A stretch of DNA of 63,572 bases, counting the filler, from Saprolegnia diclina VS20 (lineage: Eukaryota), in assembly GCF_000281045.1 (NCBI RefSeq). It is 6 parts of 2 records of this genome, joined end to end, with 100 filler letters (N's around TTAATTAATTAA, not from the genome) between each part and the next. Parts side by side here need not be neighbours in the genome. Positions count along the whole stretch, not along the records: positions 1 to 14,677 come from NW_008246090.1; 5 more parts are not named here. The stretch is one strand, 5' to 3'. Every line of letters begins with the position of its first letter. Positions within the stretch are counted from its first letter, which is position 1. This document shows positions 1 through 10,753 of the stretch, in pieces. The notes beneath the pieces were generated by a model. It did not search any database. It was not told the origin of the DNA and saw only the letters and a program-made list of their open reading frames with translations. Both the position numbers and the translations under genes were made by a program.

Positions 1-246
1 CAGCGTGCGCACCAGAATGTGCTCGAGAACCTCCCCGTCTTCTTTGCGCTCCTGGTCACCTCCAGCATCTACCGCCCGGGCTACGCGGCGATCGCGGGTC
101 TTATCCGCGTCCTCGGCTTCATCGTGTACGTCCAGGGCTACGCGACGGGCGACCCGTCCAAGCGCATGAACGGCGGCTTTGGCTACCTCGGGCTCTTCGC
201 GTCGCTCGGTCTCAGCATCGAAGCTGCGATCACGCTTCTTTACTAG
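1..246 (+). CDS. MGST3: MAPEG-family microsomal glutathione S-transferase 3-like, 5'-truncated by the window edge
   Basis: Frame 1 reads QRAHQNVLENLPVF...RVLGFIVYVQGYATGDPSKRMNG, matching the MAPEG RAHQNxxE and GYxxGDPxxR motifs with hydrophobic helices; stop TAG at 244-246. Confidence 0.9.
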   Translation, partial: QRAHQNVLENLPVFFALLVTSSIYRPGYAAIAGLIRVLGFIVYVQGYATGDPSKRMNGGFGYLGLFASLGLSIEAAITLLY

Positions 247-329
247 GCGTAAATTCATAGAAACAACGAGTTGTCTGCTGCATGTAGCATGTCTTCTTCC
301 TCGCATTGATAGAGACATAGTCGATGTCC

Positions 330-2202
330 CTACGACGTGTCGACGGGACGACGCGCTTTGGCGCTGCGCGTGACTTCGAGGAGCAGCATCGGGTACTCGC
401 CGAGCTCTTCAAAGCCTCTGGTATCAACCACGTCGTGGAAACAGGCGTGGATGAACGTCATGCAGCTTGCTTTCAGCATCGTCGCCTGCACGACCATGAC
501 CGACTAACTAACTAATGAGGCCATACCTCGTACATGTTGGCGGCAATGAGCACGGCGCAGACGCTCTCGACATCCAGTGTGTGTGCGAGGTGGTTTTCGC
601 AGAGACGCGAGAGCTCCTACGTCGACAACTCGTCGCTGGATGGTCAGGACCGTAAGTTGACGCACCGCCACCGAGTAGTGGTCGGCGAGGCCGAGGAGCT
701 CGACCGCTGTCTCGAGCGAGAGCTGCTCGACGTAGCCCGTGTAGAAGAACTCCTAGGGTTGCGGTTAGCACAATCAGCTCAAAATACAGTGTATACCAGC
801 AAGCTGTAAAAGGCAGCGTAGGACCAATTTGGAATCGTTATCGTATCGGCGAGACTCTCGCGCATGCCACTGGCAAACATGCAGCGAAAGAGCGGACTCT
901 GCGCCGCCACAATCGCCTTGTGCGCGCGAATCGGCTTGTCTTGGACGAGGAACGTCACGTCGCTGTAGCTTGCCTCTTGGTCGAATAGCAAGTGGCGAAG
1001 GTTGGCGACGACGAGAGCTTGCGCGGTGGCTCTGAGCCCTTGCTCCTCGATGCAGCCAATGTCGAGAATGTACATGTCGTCCATCCACTTGAAGCCGTCA
1101 AAGCCTCCGACAAAGTAGATCTTATGCAAGCCATAAGCAGCCATAGTGTAAGATGTAGGATGGACCTTGGCTCCGACCAAGCAGGCGCTGTGGCGCTGGC
1201 GGCCCGTGGGCACTGCGTCCATTTCCGGTGGCCGTTCCCAGCACATGCCATCTATATAGCATGATATTGAACTATCGCAAGAGGATGGAGAATTGATCAG
1301 ACCCAGGTTGAGAATGAAGAGCTCGTTGGACCGGCCGCGGCCATCGTAGCCGCCAAAAAAGTAAATTTTGTGGTCTCGAATCGTCGCCGTGTGGCCGCGC
1401 AGCCCTGGCGGAAATGGCCCTTGGATGCTCGCCAAGTGCGTCCACGTCAGCGTCACTACACCTCGCAGGATGACGACATCGGGCTGCGGCTATTTGTTGG
1501 CCAACCGGTTTGGAATTCGTACAAGTCGCGCAAATGCTTGGCGCCCGAGTGCCCACCAAACATGTACAACGTGGTGCCCCGGATCGAGACGGTGTGCGCA
1601 TTGCGCGGCGCCGGCTGGTACCCATGCACCGTCGGGTGGATCCACGTATAGGTATCTAGTTGTCCACGTTTGCCAGATATCGGAGAAATATCGTGTACCG
1701 AGGTCAAGGATGTCAATGTCGTTGAAGCAGTTGACGCCGTCAAAGCCGCCAAAGACGTAGATCTTGCGGCCGACGCGCGACATGGTGTGGCACGCGCGGG
1801 CGCTGGGGCCATGGCCTGACGTGGTCTACGCAAGGCATGAGTTTGAGTTGCGCCGCGGCCGACGCCTACCACGACGCTCCACTTGCACCGCTGGGTGTCA
1901 AACACGTACAAGTCCGAGAGCCATGTAGAGCCGTCGTGGCCGCCATGGATAAAGATCTTGTCGTCGACGACCGTCGAGGCGTGGTTGTTGCGTGGCGACG
2001 GGATGCGGCCATCAGCGTGGAGCAGGCTCCAGCTCTGCGTGGGCACATGGAACTGCCAGAGATCGTTGAGCGCCATCTTGCCGCTCCAGCCACCAAAGAG
2101 GAAGAAGGCGTCGCGGCTAGGTACGTACTCGCACGTGTGCGCAGCGCGCGACCCTGGCGTCTCGCCCTCGGCGTGGCCCTGCGGGTGCGCCCAGATCGCC
2201 AT
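330..2202 (-). CDS. Kelch-repeat plus BTB/POZ protein (LZTR1-like architecture), multi-exon
   Basis: About six kelch blades (FLFGGWSG, IHGGHDG, VFGGFDG, MFGGHSG, FFGGYDG, FVGGFDG), then a BTB domain (SDVTFLVQDKPIRAHKAIVAAQSPLFRCMFASGMRES) and a BACK-like tail; exons joined by short GT-AG introns; stop at 330-332. Confidence 0.85.
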
Positions 2203-2405
2203 CTCGCCCAAAAATCTTTGGGCGACTCTGTATCCGGATCCGCATACCATTTTTGAGCTATTTCTTAACATGCTTCTTAATACGCTTCTTAACTCAATTC
2301 CTAGCATACTCACCACGGATTGCGCTGGCAGAGGCTTCGAGTAAACGGTCTTCGGCGGACGTGGCAGTGGCAGAGCGTCGCTACACTCATTCCCCAAGCA
2401 AGACC

Positions 2406-3461
2406 ATGGTGCTCGTTCATCTGCTCTATGGCATGTACGTGCGACGATGAGCATGGCGCATGGCGGCGACGGCTCATGCCGATACATATGTAGCTTCAAG
2501 ACGTTGGCGTGGCTCGCCGGCTACAGCGAACACTACGTGACGGTCGACGACATTGAGTGGTCGTACCTCGACTCGGGCAGCGCCAAGGACGAGAGGCCGA
2601 TCGTGCTCTTCCTGCACGGCTTCTCGAGCGTCAAGAACTCGATGCTGCGCGTCGCGCGCGCCACGTCCTATGACTTTCGCGTGCTCGTGCCCGACATGCC
2701 CGGGCACGGCAACACGACCGCGCCGTCCGTCACGAGCTACCGCGCGACGGAGCAGGCAGTGCGCCTCGAGGCCTTTCTGCAAAAGGTCATTGGCGACGCC
2801 AAGGTCCACGTCGTCGGCTGCTCAATGGGCGGCATGATCTCGGGCACATACGCGTCCATGTACCCGTCCCGCGTGCTCTCGACAACGCTCGTCTGCCCCG
2901 CGGGCGTCACGATGCCCAAGAAGAGCCCGCTGCTGCAGATCTTCGAAGACACAGGCGAGAACTACATGCGGGCGACGACCGCCGACGACTTCATAAGGCT
3001 GCACACGTACATGTTCTACGCGCCCCGCAAACTGCCCCACTTCATCGCCAACATCGTCGCCAAGGAGCGGGTACGTGGCATCTTGCCGTCGTATTCGCAT
3101 CTCTTATGCAATATAGGCCAAGCAAGGCGAGGTGCTCGAACGCCTCATGAGCGACATCCTCCTCGACTTCCAGACGCTCGACGACAAGCTCGACATGATC
3201 CAGAGTCGTGTCCAGATCATCTGGGGCGACCACGACCGGATTCTCGACAGCTCGAGCTTGGAGGTACAACCAGACTAGGGTTCGTGTCTTCACATGCAAT
3301 TGCAGATCATCCGGAAGAAAATCCCCGACCACCGACTCCAAGTGCACATGGTCCCCGAGGCCGGCCACTGCGTCCACCAAGAGAAGCACGCCGAGGTCGG
3401 CGCCCTTGTCCATACCTTCCTCACACAGTTCATTACGATCTCGGTGCCCGAACAACAATAA
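2406..3461 (+). CDS. Alpha/beta hydrolase, ABHD6/monoacylglycerol lipase-like, multi-exon
   Basis: FLHGFS oxyanion loop, PDMPGHG, nucleophile elbow GCSMGG, then spliced exons IIWGDHDRIL (Asp) and AGHCVHQE (His); stop TAA at 3459-3461. Confidence 0.85.
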
Positions 3462-3859
3462 ATGATTGCTGACCTAACCCTGGGCGCGTCTCTCCTGTGA
3501 TGTCCACCCGACTGGGTCGACCAGCGCACGCCTTCCAAGCCAGCCCTGGATACGTGTGCTATGGTGTGTTTGGCCCTGGAGGCGGACGCATGAAGCCAAA
3601 CTGAGGTTCCAGCCCACCTCGTTCACCTTCCCACCGACTCCGTTCAAGTCGACACGCTCAGGTCGCTACGGTGGACGAGATGTGCATCTCAACAAGGCTG
3701 GCACCCGTGACGCGGCAGCCAGATATTGTGCAACTAGTTGCGGCCCACCCTACGTGTTGACTGGGGTGGCGATGTAGTTCTACCGGTGGCAGCAGGTGTG
3801 AGTCCCAACATGCTCGCAACTTGCGTCTGAGCGCAATACGTGCTTCGATCAAGTCGCGA

Positions 3860-6849
3860 TTACGGATTCACAAAGGCGTCGAGGGGCGTCGTCTTGGCCG
3901 CTACGAGGCGTGAGGCAAGCGCAGCAATCTCGCGCGGCAGAAAGCCCGTCTGACGCAACGCCGGGTGTTGTTCGAGCACGAGCGACAGATTCGTGTTCGG
4001 GTCCGGATGGTTCTTTTGCGCTGCGATCGGCGACGCGCTCAACTCGGAGAGCGAGAGGCCGCGGTCCTTCCCGAGCAGCCGTCGCAGCAAGTCGACCGCT
4101 TGCGCCGGTCCAAACGGATGCAAATGCTGCATGCGGCCGCCGTGCGTCTGGAAGACTGGCGACACCACCTGCTTGCGCGCCGTGACGAGCAGCCGCAAGC
4201 TCGAGTACTGCGTGCAGAGCGCCTCGATCCACTTGATGAAATCAGGCTCTTCGCGCTCGAGGAGCGGGTCGACGCCGTCGAGCACGAGGAGGCCGTGCTG
4301 CTCGATCGTCCTAGACACCACGTTCTATCATCCATATCCTGGGAATAGGAAGCGTGTACGCATTGTCAAAGGTGCGCGTGAGCCACGTGGCCACGCGCTG
4401 CTTGATGGCGGCGATCACGCGGTGCCCGAGCAAAATCGTGTTGTTCTTGTGCGCCGCCATGTCCTCGTCGACGATCTTGCCCACGTGCACAAAGCGAATG
4501 CCTGCGGGGAAGACCTTGCGCGCGCCGAGGTACCGGGCGGTCGCGTACGAGAGCTGCGTCTTGCCGACGCCCGCCGGTCCCACGAGCCACACAAACTTTT
4601 GCGTTTGGCTCGTCGTCGAAAAGTGCGAGCAGACCTAATCCCGCTTCATGTAGTATCGAGCCGAGGAAGACTAGATGTCGTACATAGTACTGGTCGGCTT
4701 CGCGGTGACGGAAGTGCTAGGATCCAGACTTGAAACCTTGATCATTTGCAACGACGGGACGTCTACCTGGCACAGCGATGGCAGTTTGCTCGACCAGACG
4801 ACCGGAAACCGCTGCGACGACGGCACCTGCGACTCGTACTCGGCCAGCGGCAGCTCCACCATGGGGAAGATCACTTCGTTGTGGTCGTCGCCTTCGGGCA
4901 GCAGCTGAAATTTCGACGCCGCCTAGCGACAATATCAACTAAACGCAATACCTCAGTGTTGAGAGCGTACCTTGACGGCGTGGGGGAGGTGTGGATACAC
5001 CGAGACGGCGTGGCGACCAATCTCAAAGCTCTCGGCCACGCTCTTGCCTTGCCCCAGAGCAAGGTAAAAGTTCCTACAACATAGGTTAAAGTCATTGTCG
5101 TCGATGCGACGGCGTCAGACTTGGTAAAGACGATGGCTGCTTGGTCTTCGAGACGCTCTTCCACCTTGACGGCGATGACGTGGGGGATGCCGCACTGAAG
5201 AAACGCCGAGGCTACGTGGCATGTGATAAGCCATTCGAATCGACAAGACATTGGCTACCACAGTACTGAGAGTGACACGCTTGGACGACCACAAGGCGAA
5301 GCGGAGCATTGGGTCCGCCAAAGAAGCTCCGGCGGAGTTCGTCGGCGACCATGGGGTGCACGGCGCTCTCTTGGTCTTCAAAGTAGAGGCACTTGGGTCC
5401 GCCATGACCGGAAAAGTGCAACGCGCGACAGCCCAGCGTCATCATCGACTGAAAGTTGTTGGACGTGGCAAACTGCACGTTGACGTCGATCTCGCGCGGC
5501 ACGAGCATCACTAAACGCGATCATGTACCCGATTGTGATGTGAAACTATACCACTTGGGTCGTCGGGCTTGGTGCTCTATGTGTCCTGTCTCAGCACAAA
5601 CCATAGGTACGTCCGCGTACCGCGTGCTTGGAGGCATCTTCGAGCGTCTTGATGAGGTTGTCATACTCGCGACACAAATCGAGCTCCTACGCGTCCGCCA
5701 TCATCCAGTGACGCGTAGGCCGCATCGACGACAGACCTCGATTGGGTGCAAGCGGCCGTGCGCGTCCCGCCCCACGAGCGGTGACGAAAACAACACGCCC
5801 TACGCATGCGACGTGACACTCTATCAATCTATCAGGACGCGCGTACCAATACATTTTCTTGGATGTGACGCTTGGTCACGGGCGGCCGGTCCGCGTCCGG
5901 AAGGCGGGGCACCGTCGTCGTCGCGTTCGCACCGACAACATGCGGGTCTTCGACAATGTACCTACGCAGGCAGCACCGTCGGTGGGAGGTCGGTGTGGTC
6001 GCGGTGTACCCTAGCAGCACCGAGCCCGACTTGGACGAGAGAAGCGTAATCTTGTCGTCGTGCTGGAGCGTCGCGGGCTTGTCCTTGACTAGCGTAGCGA
6101 TCAGCGCTAATGCATCGAGAAGAGGCAGGTGTGTACCCATCGTGATGCCGTTCAGCTTGATGCCGTTACGGCTGCGGTCCGTGATGCGCACGACGACGCG
6201 GCTGGACATGGTGTCTTGGACGCACTCGAAGACGCAGTGCTCTTTGCTGAGCTTGGCGATATCGACGTGCGCTGAGTCGTTCTTGTTGTTGAGCGCCGCC
6301 GTAAAGATTTCGCGGCCAAACACCAAGGGCTTGTGCATCGGACTAAATGGAGTTAGCAGATTTGCAACATCGAGTCGAACGTTACCTAAACTCGACGTCG
6401 AGGAGGCCCGCGCGCTCGAGCTTGTCAACCGAGTCGTCGCTCAAGTTGGCGACGACCGTCGGGTGCAGCCGGAGGCGCAAACACACCATGTTTTCCGAAA
6501 ATGGCATGGTCTGCGTCATCTCCATGATGGCCTGCGACGCGACAAACTCAATGTTCTCCGTGTCGGCCAATGTGTCGCCGAGGTCGTCGTCGTCGTCGCC
6601 AGTTGACGGCTCGCGGTATTGCCCGGCCAAGCTGCTGTAGCCCACGATCGGTGCCCCTGCGTAGCGAGGCGTCGGGCGGGCCAGCGCCGGACCGCCCATG
6701 CTCGCGTCCGGCGCGCTGCCGTCGTCCGTGAGGTCAAGCATCGAGAGCGACGTGAAGCCAGTCGGCGGCGCCGTGGCCATCGCGCTCTTGGCGCGCTTCC
6801 GGTTCTCGGCGTCCTCCATCCACGCGCGCTTGGCCGACGCGGTGTCCAT
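3860..6849 (-). CDS. FHA - CHAT (caspase-like, clan CD) - STAND/NB-ARC NTPase protein, roughly a dozen short introns
   Basis: Spliced translation gives FHA (VFGR, LSKEH, DRSRNGIKLNG), CHAT (LFSSPL, LHFSGHG at 5401-5418, LVVVQACHS with Cys at 5275-5277, DQAAIVFTKNFYLAL) and NB-ARC (Walker A GPAGVGKT at 4557-4580, Walker B LLVLDG, LLVTAR, GFLPREI). In-frame TAA at 3860-3862. Confidence 0.75.
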
Positions 6850-7086
6850 CGCGCAGAATTTCGCAAATACAACTACGAGTGATCCATATCCGGTTAATAC
6901 GCTCCACAATCATCCGGAACGGCGCGAACCGATCTTTGGCCCCTCGCCGCGGCAAGCCGCCGTCGCCGGACCCATGACGCGTTCGCCGCTTCCAACCCTG
7001 CGCCACGTCCTCACACGAGTGTCTACTAGAGGCCATGACCGCCCAAAAGCTTCAAAAAGGAATAGTTGATGCAGAAATTACATAGT

Positions 7087-8934
7087 CTAGTGGGCGTCGG
7101 TGGGCGTGTTATCGAGTGGCGCGTAGTACACGGGCGGCGGAGGCATCGGGTTGAGCGACTCGAAAAGACGTGCGAGTTGCACGATGGTATCCTCGTGCCA
7201 ATGCGCGGCCTGCAACTGCAGAGACATGGGCAGCCCGCCCGAGGAGAGACCTATCGGCACGGCGATGCCTGGGACGCCGACAAAGTTGCCGAGGACCATG
7301 TACTTCATGAGGCCCGTCGTAAGCTCGAGCTGCGAGAGGCCGGCTTTAAAGACATCGGGCTCGAGACGCGGCGCGAGGATTGACGTCGTTGGCGTCACGA
7401 GGACGTCAACCGCATCAAACACGTCGCGCAGCATGTTGGTGGCATACGCGCGCACGCGCTGGGCCGCGAGGAAGTCGATGCTCGAGAGCGCGGAGCGCGC
7501 GAGCTCCAAGTTGATTTGCACGTCGGCGCTAAACTCACGGATGCGGCGGTAGTGGACGTCGGTGGCCTGCGCCATCTCGGTGAGAATCGTCATGTTGTGG
7601 CCAAAGTGGATCGCTTGCAGGTTCGGGAGTTTGATGTGCACAATGGTCGCGCCCCGCGCCTGCAAGTGGGCAACTTGCGCGTGGAACGCTGTGACGATCT
7701 CGGCGTCCGTGCCGACGAGGTAGTCGGGATAGATACCGACGCGGAGGTGCCCGAGGTCATCCGCGACAGGCGATGTCGAGAGGTACAGCGGCGGTTGGTG
7801 CACACTCATCGGATGGCCCGCGTCGCTGCCCGCCATGACAGCGTACGCCAGCGCTGCGTCTTGCACGGTGCCAGCGAGCGGCCCGACGTTCGAGAGGCTC
7901 GGGCACCCGTGAAAGTCGTACGGGATACGCATGTACGTGGCTTTGAGCCCGACAACGCCGCAGAGACCCGCCGGAATGCGCACCGAGCCGCCGCCGTCGC
8001 AACCGATTGCGATCGGCACGAGCCCGGCGGCGACGGCGGCTGCCGACCCACTCGAGGACCCACCCGTCATGTGGTTCTCGTTAAACGGGTTGCGCGCGGT
8101 GCCGTGATGGATGTTGATGCCAAAGCAGCCAGCTCCAAACTCGTGCATGTTGGTCTTGCCGACAATGATCGCGCCAGCCGCACGGAGCCGAGCCACTGGG
8201 AGGCAGTCGACAGTCGCCACGCCATTGACCGACCCGAGAAAGGACGTCCCAAACGTGGTCATGTAGCCCTGCACCTCGATCTACGATATAACAAAAACGT
8301 GAGGCTCAACCATGAGCGAGCGGCGACGCACCTCGTCTTTCACGGCAATCGGGACACCGTCGAGGGGGCCGAGGGGGGCGCCTGCTCGGTACCGCGCGGT
8401 CGACGCGCGTGCGTCCTCGAGCGCGGCGTCGGTGTGCACTTGGATGAACGCCCGCAATGGCATCTCCCGCCGGTTCGAGTCGTCAATCGCATTGAGAACT
8501 GCAGTGATGGCTTGCAGGGGTGTGATCGCACCGGACGTGTACTTGCCAACATAGTCGGCTGCCGTATAGCGATGAAACGCGAGGGACGGCGTTGCTTGCT
8601 CCATGGTCGCCAGCGCTTGCAGTGAGTAGGCGTGTGCACGCGTCGAGTGCTGCGCAAGAAGGGCGCTCGAGGGCATGGAGAGCGGGTAGTAGAGCGGCTG
8701 GAGGCGCAAGGTGGCCGCGAGTTCGCGCACTTGGATCATGCGGTTGTCCGACTTGATTTTGCGCAGAATTGCGGGACCAAGGACCGGTGCGCGCAGGAGC
8801 TTGGCAAAGATCTTGAGGCTGTTGCCGGTGAGGCGTGGGGCCCGGAGCTCCGTGAGGTTCATCGAATCGCTCGCCACCTTGTCGACCAGCGCGTCGTAGG
8901 TCGCGAGCGCGTGGTCGTCGTCGCGGTGGCCCAT
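7087..8934 (-). CDS. Amidase-signature enzyme, fatty acid amide hydrolase (FAAH)-like, one intron near 8281-8330
   Basis: GPLDGVPIAVKD (catalytic Lys), GKTNMHEFG, TGGSSSGS, GCDGGGSVRIPAGLCGVVGLK (Ser-Ser-Lys triad motifs). Confidence 0.92.
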
Positions 8935-9644
8935 GGGAGTGACTTGGAAGCTTGCTCGGTTCGAGTTGAAAGGGGCAGTGACCGACGCCAGCGTGAGAGA
9001 TGCGCTTCCTTCTGCAAAAGGCAGGTCGTCGAAATCGAAGGTTCACACAAACATTTCTTCTTCTAAGCTTCGATATACGTCCAAACTTACAGAGCTCACT
9101 TGCAGCAGCCGAGAAGGAACCGTAACTCGTGGTTCCAACGGCGTTGGCAGCCCAGATACACACGTCGGAGAACAAAACTGCATCGAAGTTCGGCCGCGAG
9201 ACGTGGGCTGCGTTGGCCATCTTGACAACGCCACCGTATGTGTCAAGGATGACAGAGCCCACGAGAGTGACGTCCACCTTCAGATACGTAGCTCGCTGAT
9301 CGACGCATTTGACAAAGGCAGAGCCTCGTGCAAACTTGCGGCTGTACCAAGTCTCGGCACCGACGCCGTGCCCATACCTGTTCTACGCAAGCAGCACGTC
9401 TCTCTACCATCCTTCCTTGCGGCGACAACCAGATTTGCTGCACCGCTTTCGCTCCTCACGTTGCCGTAGGCTGTCACACTCTCGTTGCCACCGCCGCGTG
9501 GCAACGTCACGACGCAATAAACTCATTTTGTCCCAGTGCGCTACAGCGTAATCGCGCCACGTCATCACACGAGATGGTAATCAACGTCGCCATATGGCGC
9601 CCCAGCATCGCCGCCGGCTGCCTCAAAATCGCACTTGCCGGATC

Positions 9645-10421
9645 ATGGCGACGAGCAGCTTTCCCTACACCGAGCCACCGACGCCGCCAAGCGACAGCGT
9701 CGGCGACACGCTCCGGCGCGCCGTCTTTGTGACGCTCCTCTCCATCCTCGGGCTCCCCTACATGCTCTACGCGTGCCTCTTTCAGCGCACGATGATTACG
9801 CCAGTCCTCGCGGCCGCCCGGCGCACGAGCATCAAGCTCGACGCGATGTACAAAGACCCACCGCGTCTTGCACGTGCATGGGCCACGCCCATTGGACAGC
9901 GCTACCTCGCCGGCGGCCTCGAGTACCAGCGGCGCGAAGGCTACTGCGCGTCGGCGACTCTCCGAAACGTCCTCAAGTCGGTGGGTCGCAGCGATGTGCT
10001 ACCGGCGTCTCGACGTGGTGCCTCGACGCCTACGCAATACGTGGCAGCGCTCGACCACGTTGGCTGCACGTCATCGAAAATCGTGTACGGCAGCGACGGC
10101 TACGACGCGTTTCGATCGGCGCTTCGAGCGGCCAACGACCCGAGCTACCGCGTCGCCGCCAACTTTCTGCGGTCGCCGCTCTTTGGCTTCAACGGGCTGA
10201 CGTACGCACCTTTCAACTTTATCCTGGGCGTCTTTGGCGGTCACTTCTCCAATGTCATTGGGTTTCTCGAAGACGACGATCTCGTGATCGTCTTTGACGT
10301 CAACCATACGTACGGCCCGTACTTGGTCGACGCCAAGCGCCTCTACAGCGCGGTCAACACGTACGACCAGACCGCCAAGCGCACACGAGCGCTCATCGTC
10401 TCGAAAGTACTCACGGAATAA
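9645..10421 (+). CDS. Phytochelatin synthase-like protein (papain fold, catalytic domain only) with an N-terminal hydrophobic segment
   Basis: YQRREGYCASAT (Q-x5-C), ANFLRSPLFG, GGHFSNVIGF (His) and VIVFDV (Asp) correspond to the PCS Cys-His-Asp triad; intronless. Confidence 0.75.
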   Translation: MATSSFPYTEPPTPPSDSVGDTLRRAVFVTLLSILGLPYMLYACLFQRTMITPVLAAARRTSIKLDAMYKDPPRLARAWATPIGQRYLAGGLEYQRREGYCASATLRNVLKSVGRSDVLPASRRGASTPTQYVAALDHVGCTSSKIVYGSDGYDAFRSALRAANDPSYRVAANFLRSPLFGFNGLTYAPFNFILGVFGGHFSNVIGFLEDDDLVIVFDVNHTYGPYLVDAKRLYSAVNTYDQTAKRTRALIVSKVLTE

Positions 10422-10753
10422 ATACTATTTTTTTGTCTTTTTTGTCTTTTGAAATGTCATATATATATGAACGTGTTTCGCGTTATCTTCATAGTTACAC
10501 AAAGACTTCGCATACGTAGAGACTAGCAATCTCCTTCTTCTTCATTCGCTCGCCGGCCCGTGGCTGCGCAGGCGGCGGCGCTTATGTCATATTTGAACAA
10601 TTGTTGAACACTATTGTAGTGGGACTTGGAGCTTTGTCGACGTATATGCAAAGTCTTGTACGAACCAAGAGAACACAAAACACGCTCATATATATATATA
10701 TAATGCCGTCCATGACCTTAGCGGCCTGCGTCGTGTAATTATTGTGCGAGCGA

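Noticed and set aside
3658..3852. Possible extra 3' exon of the FHA-CHAT-STAND gene
   Set aside because: A GT-AG pair exists, but the peptide shows no winged-helix or repeat character, and an in-frame TAA at 3860 gives a simpler end.
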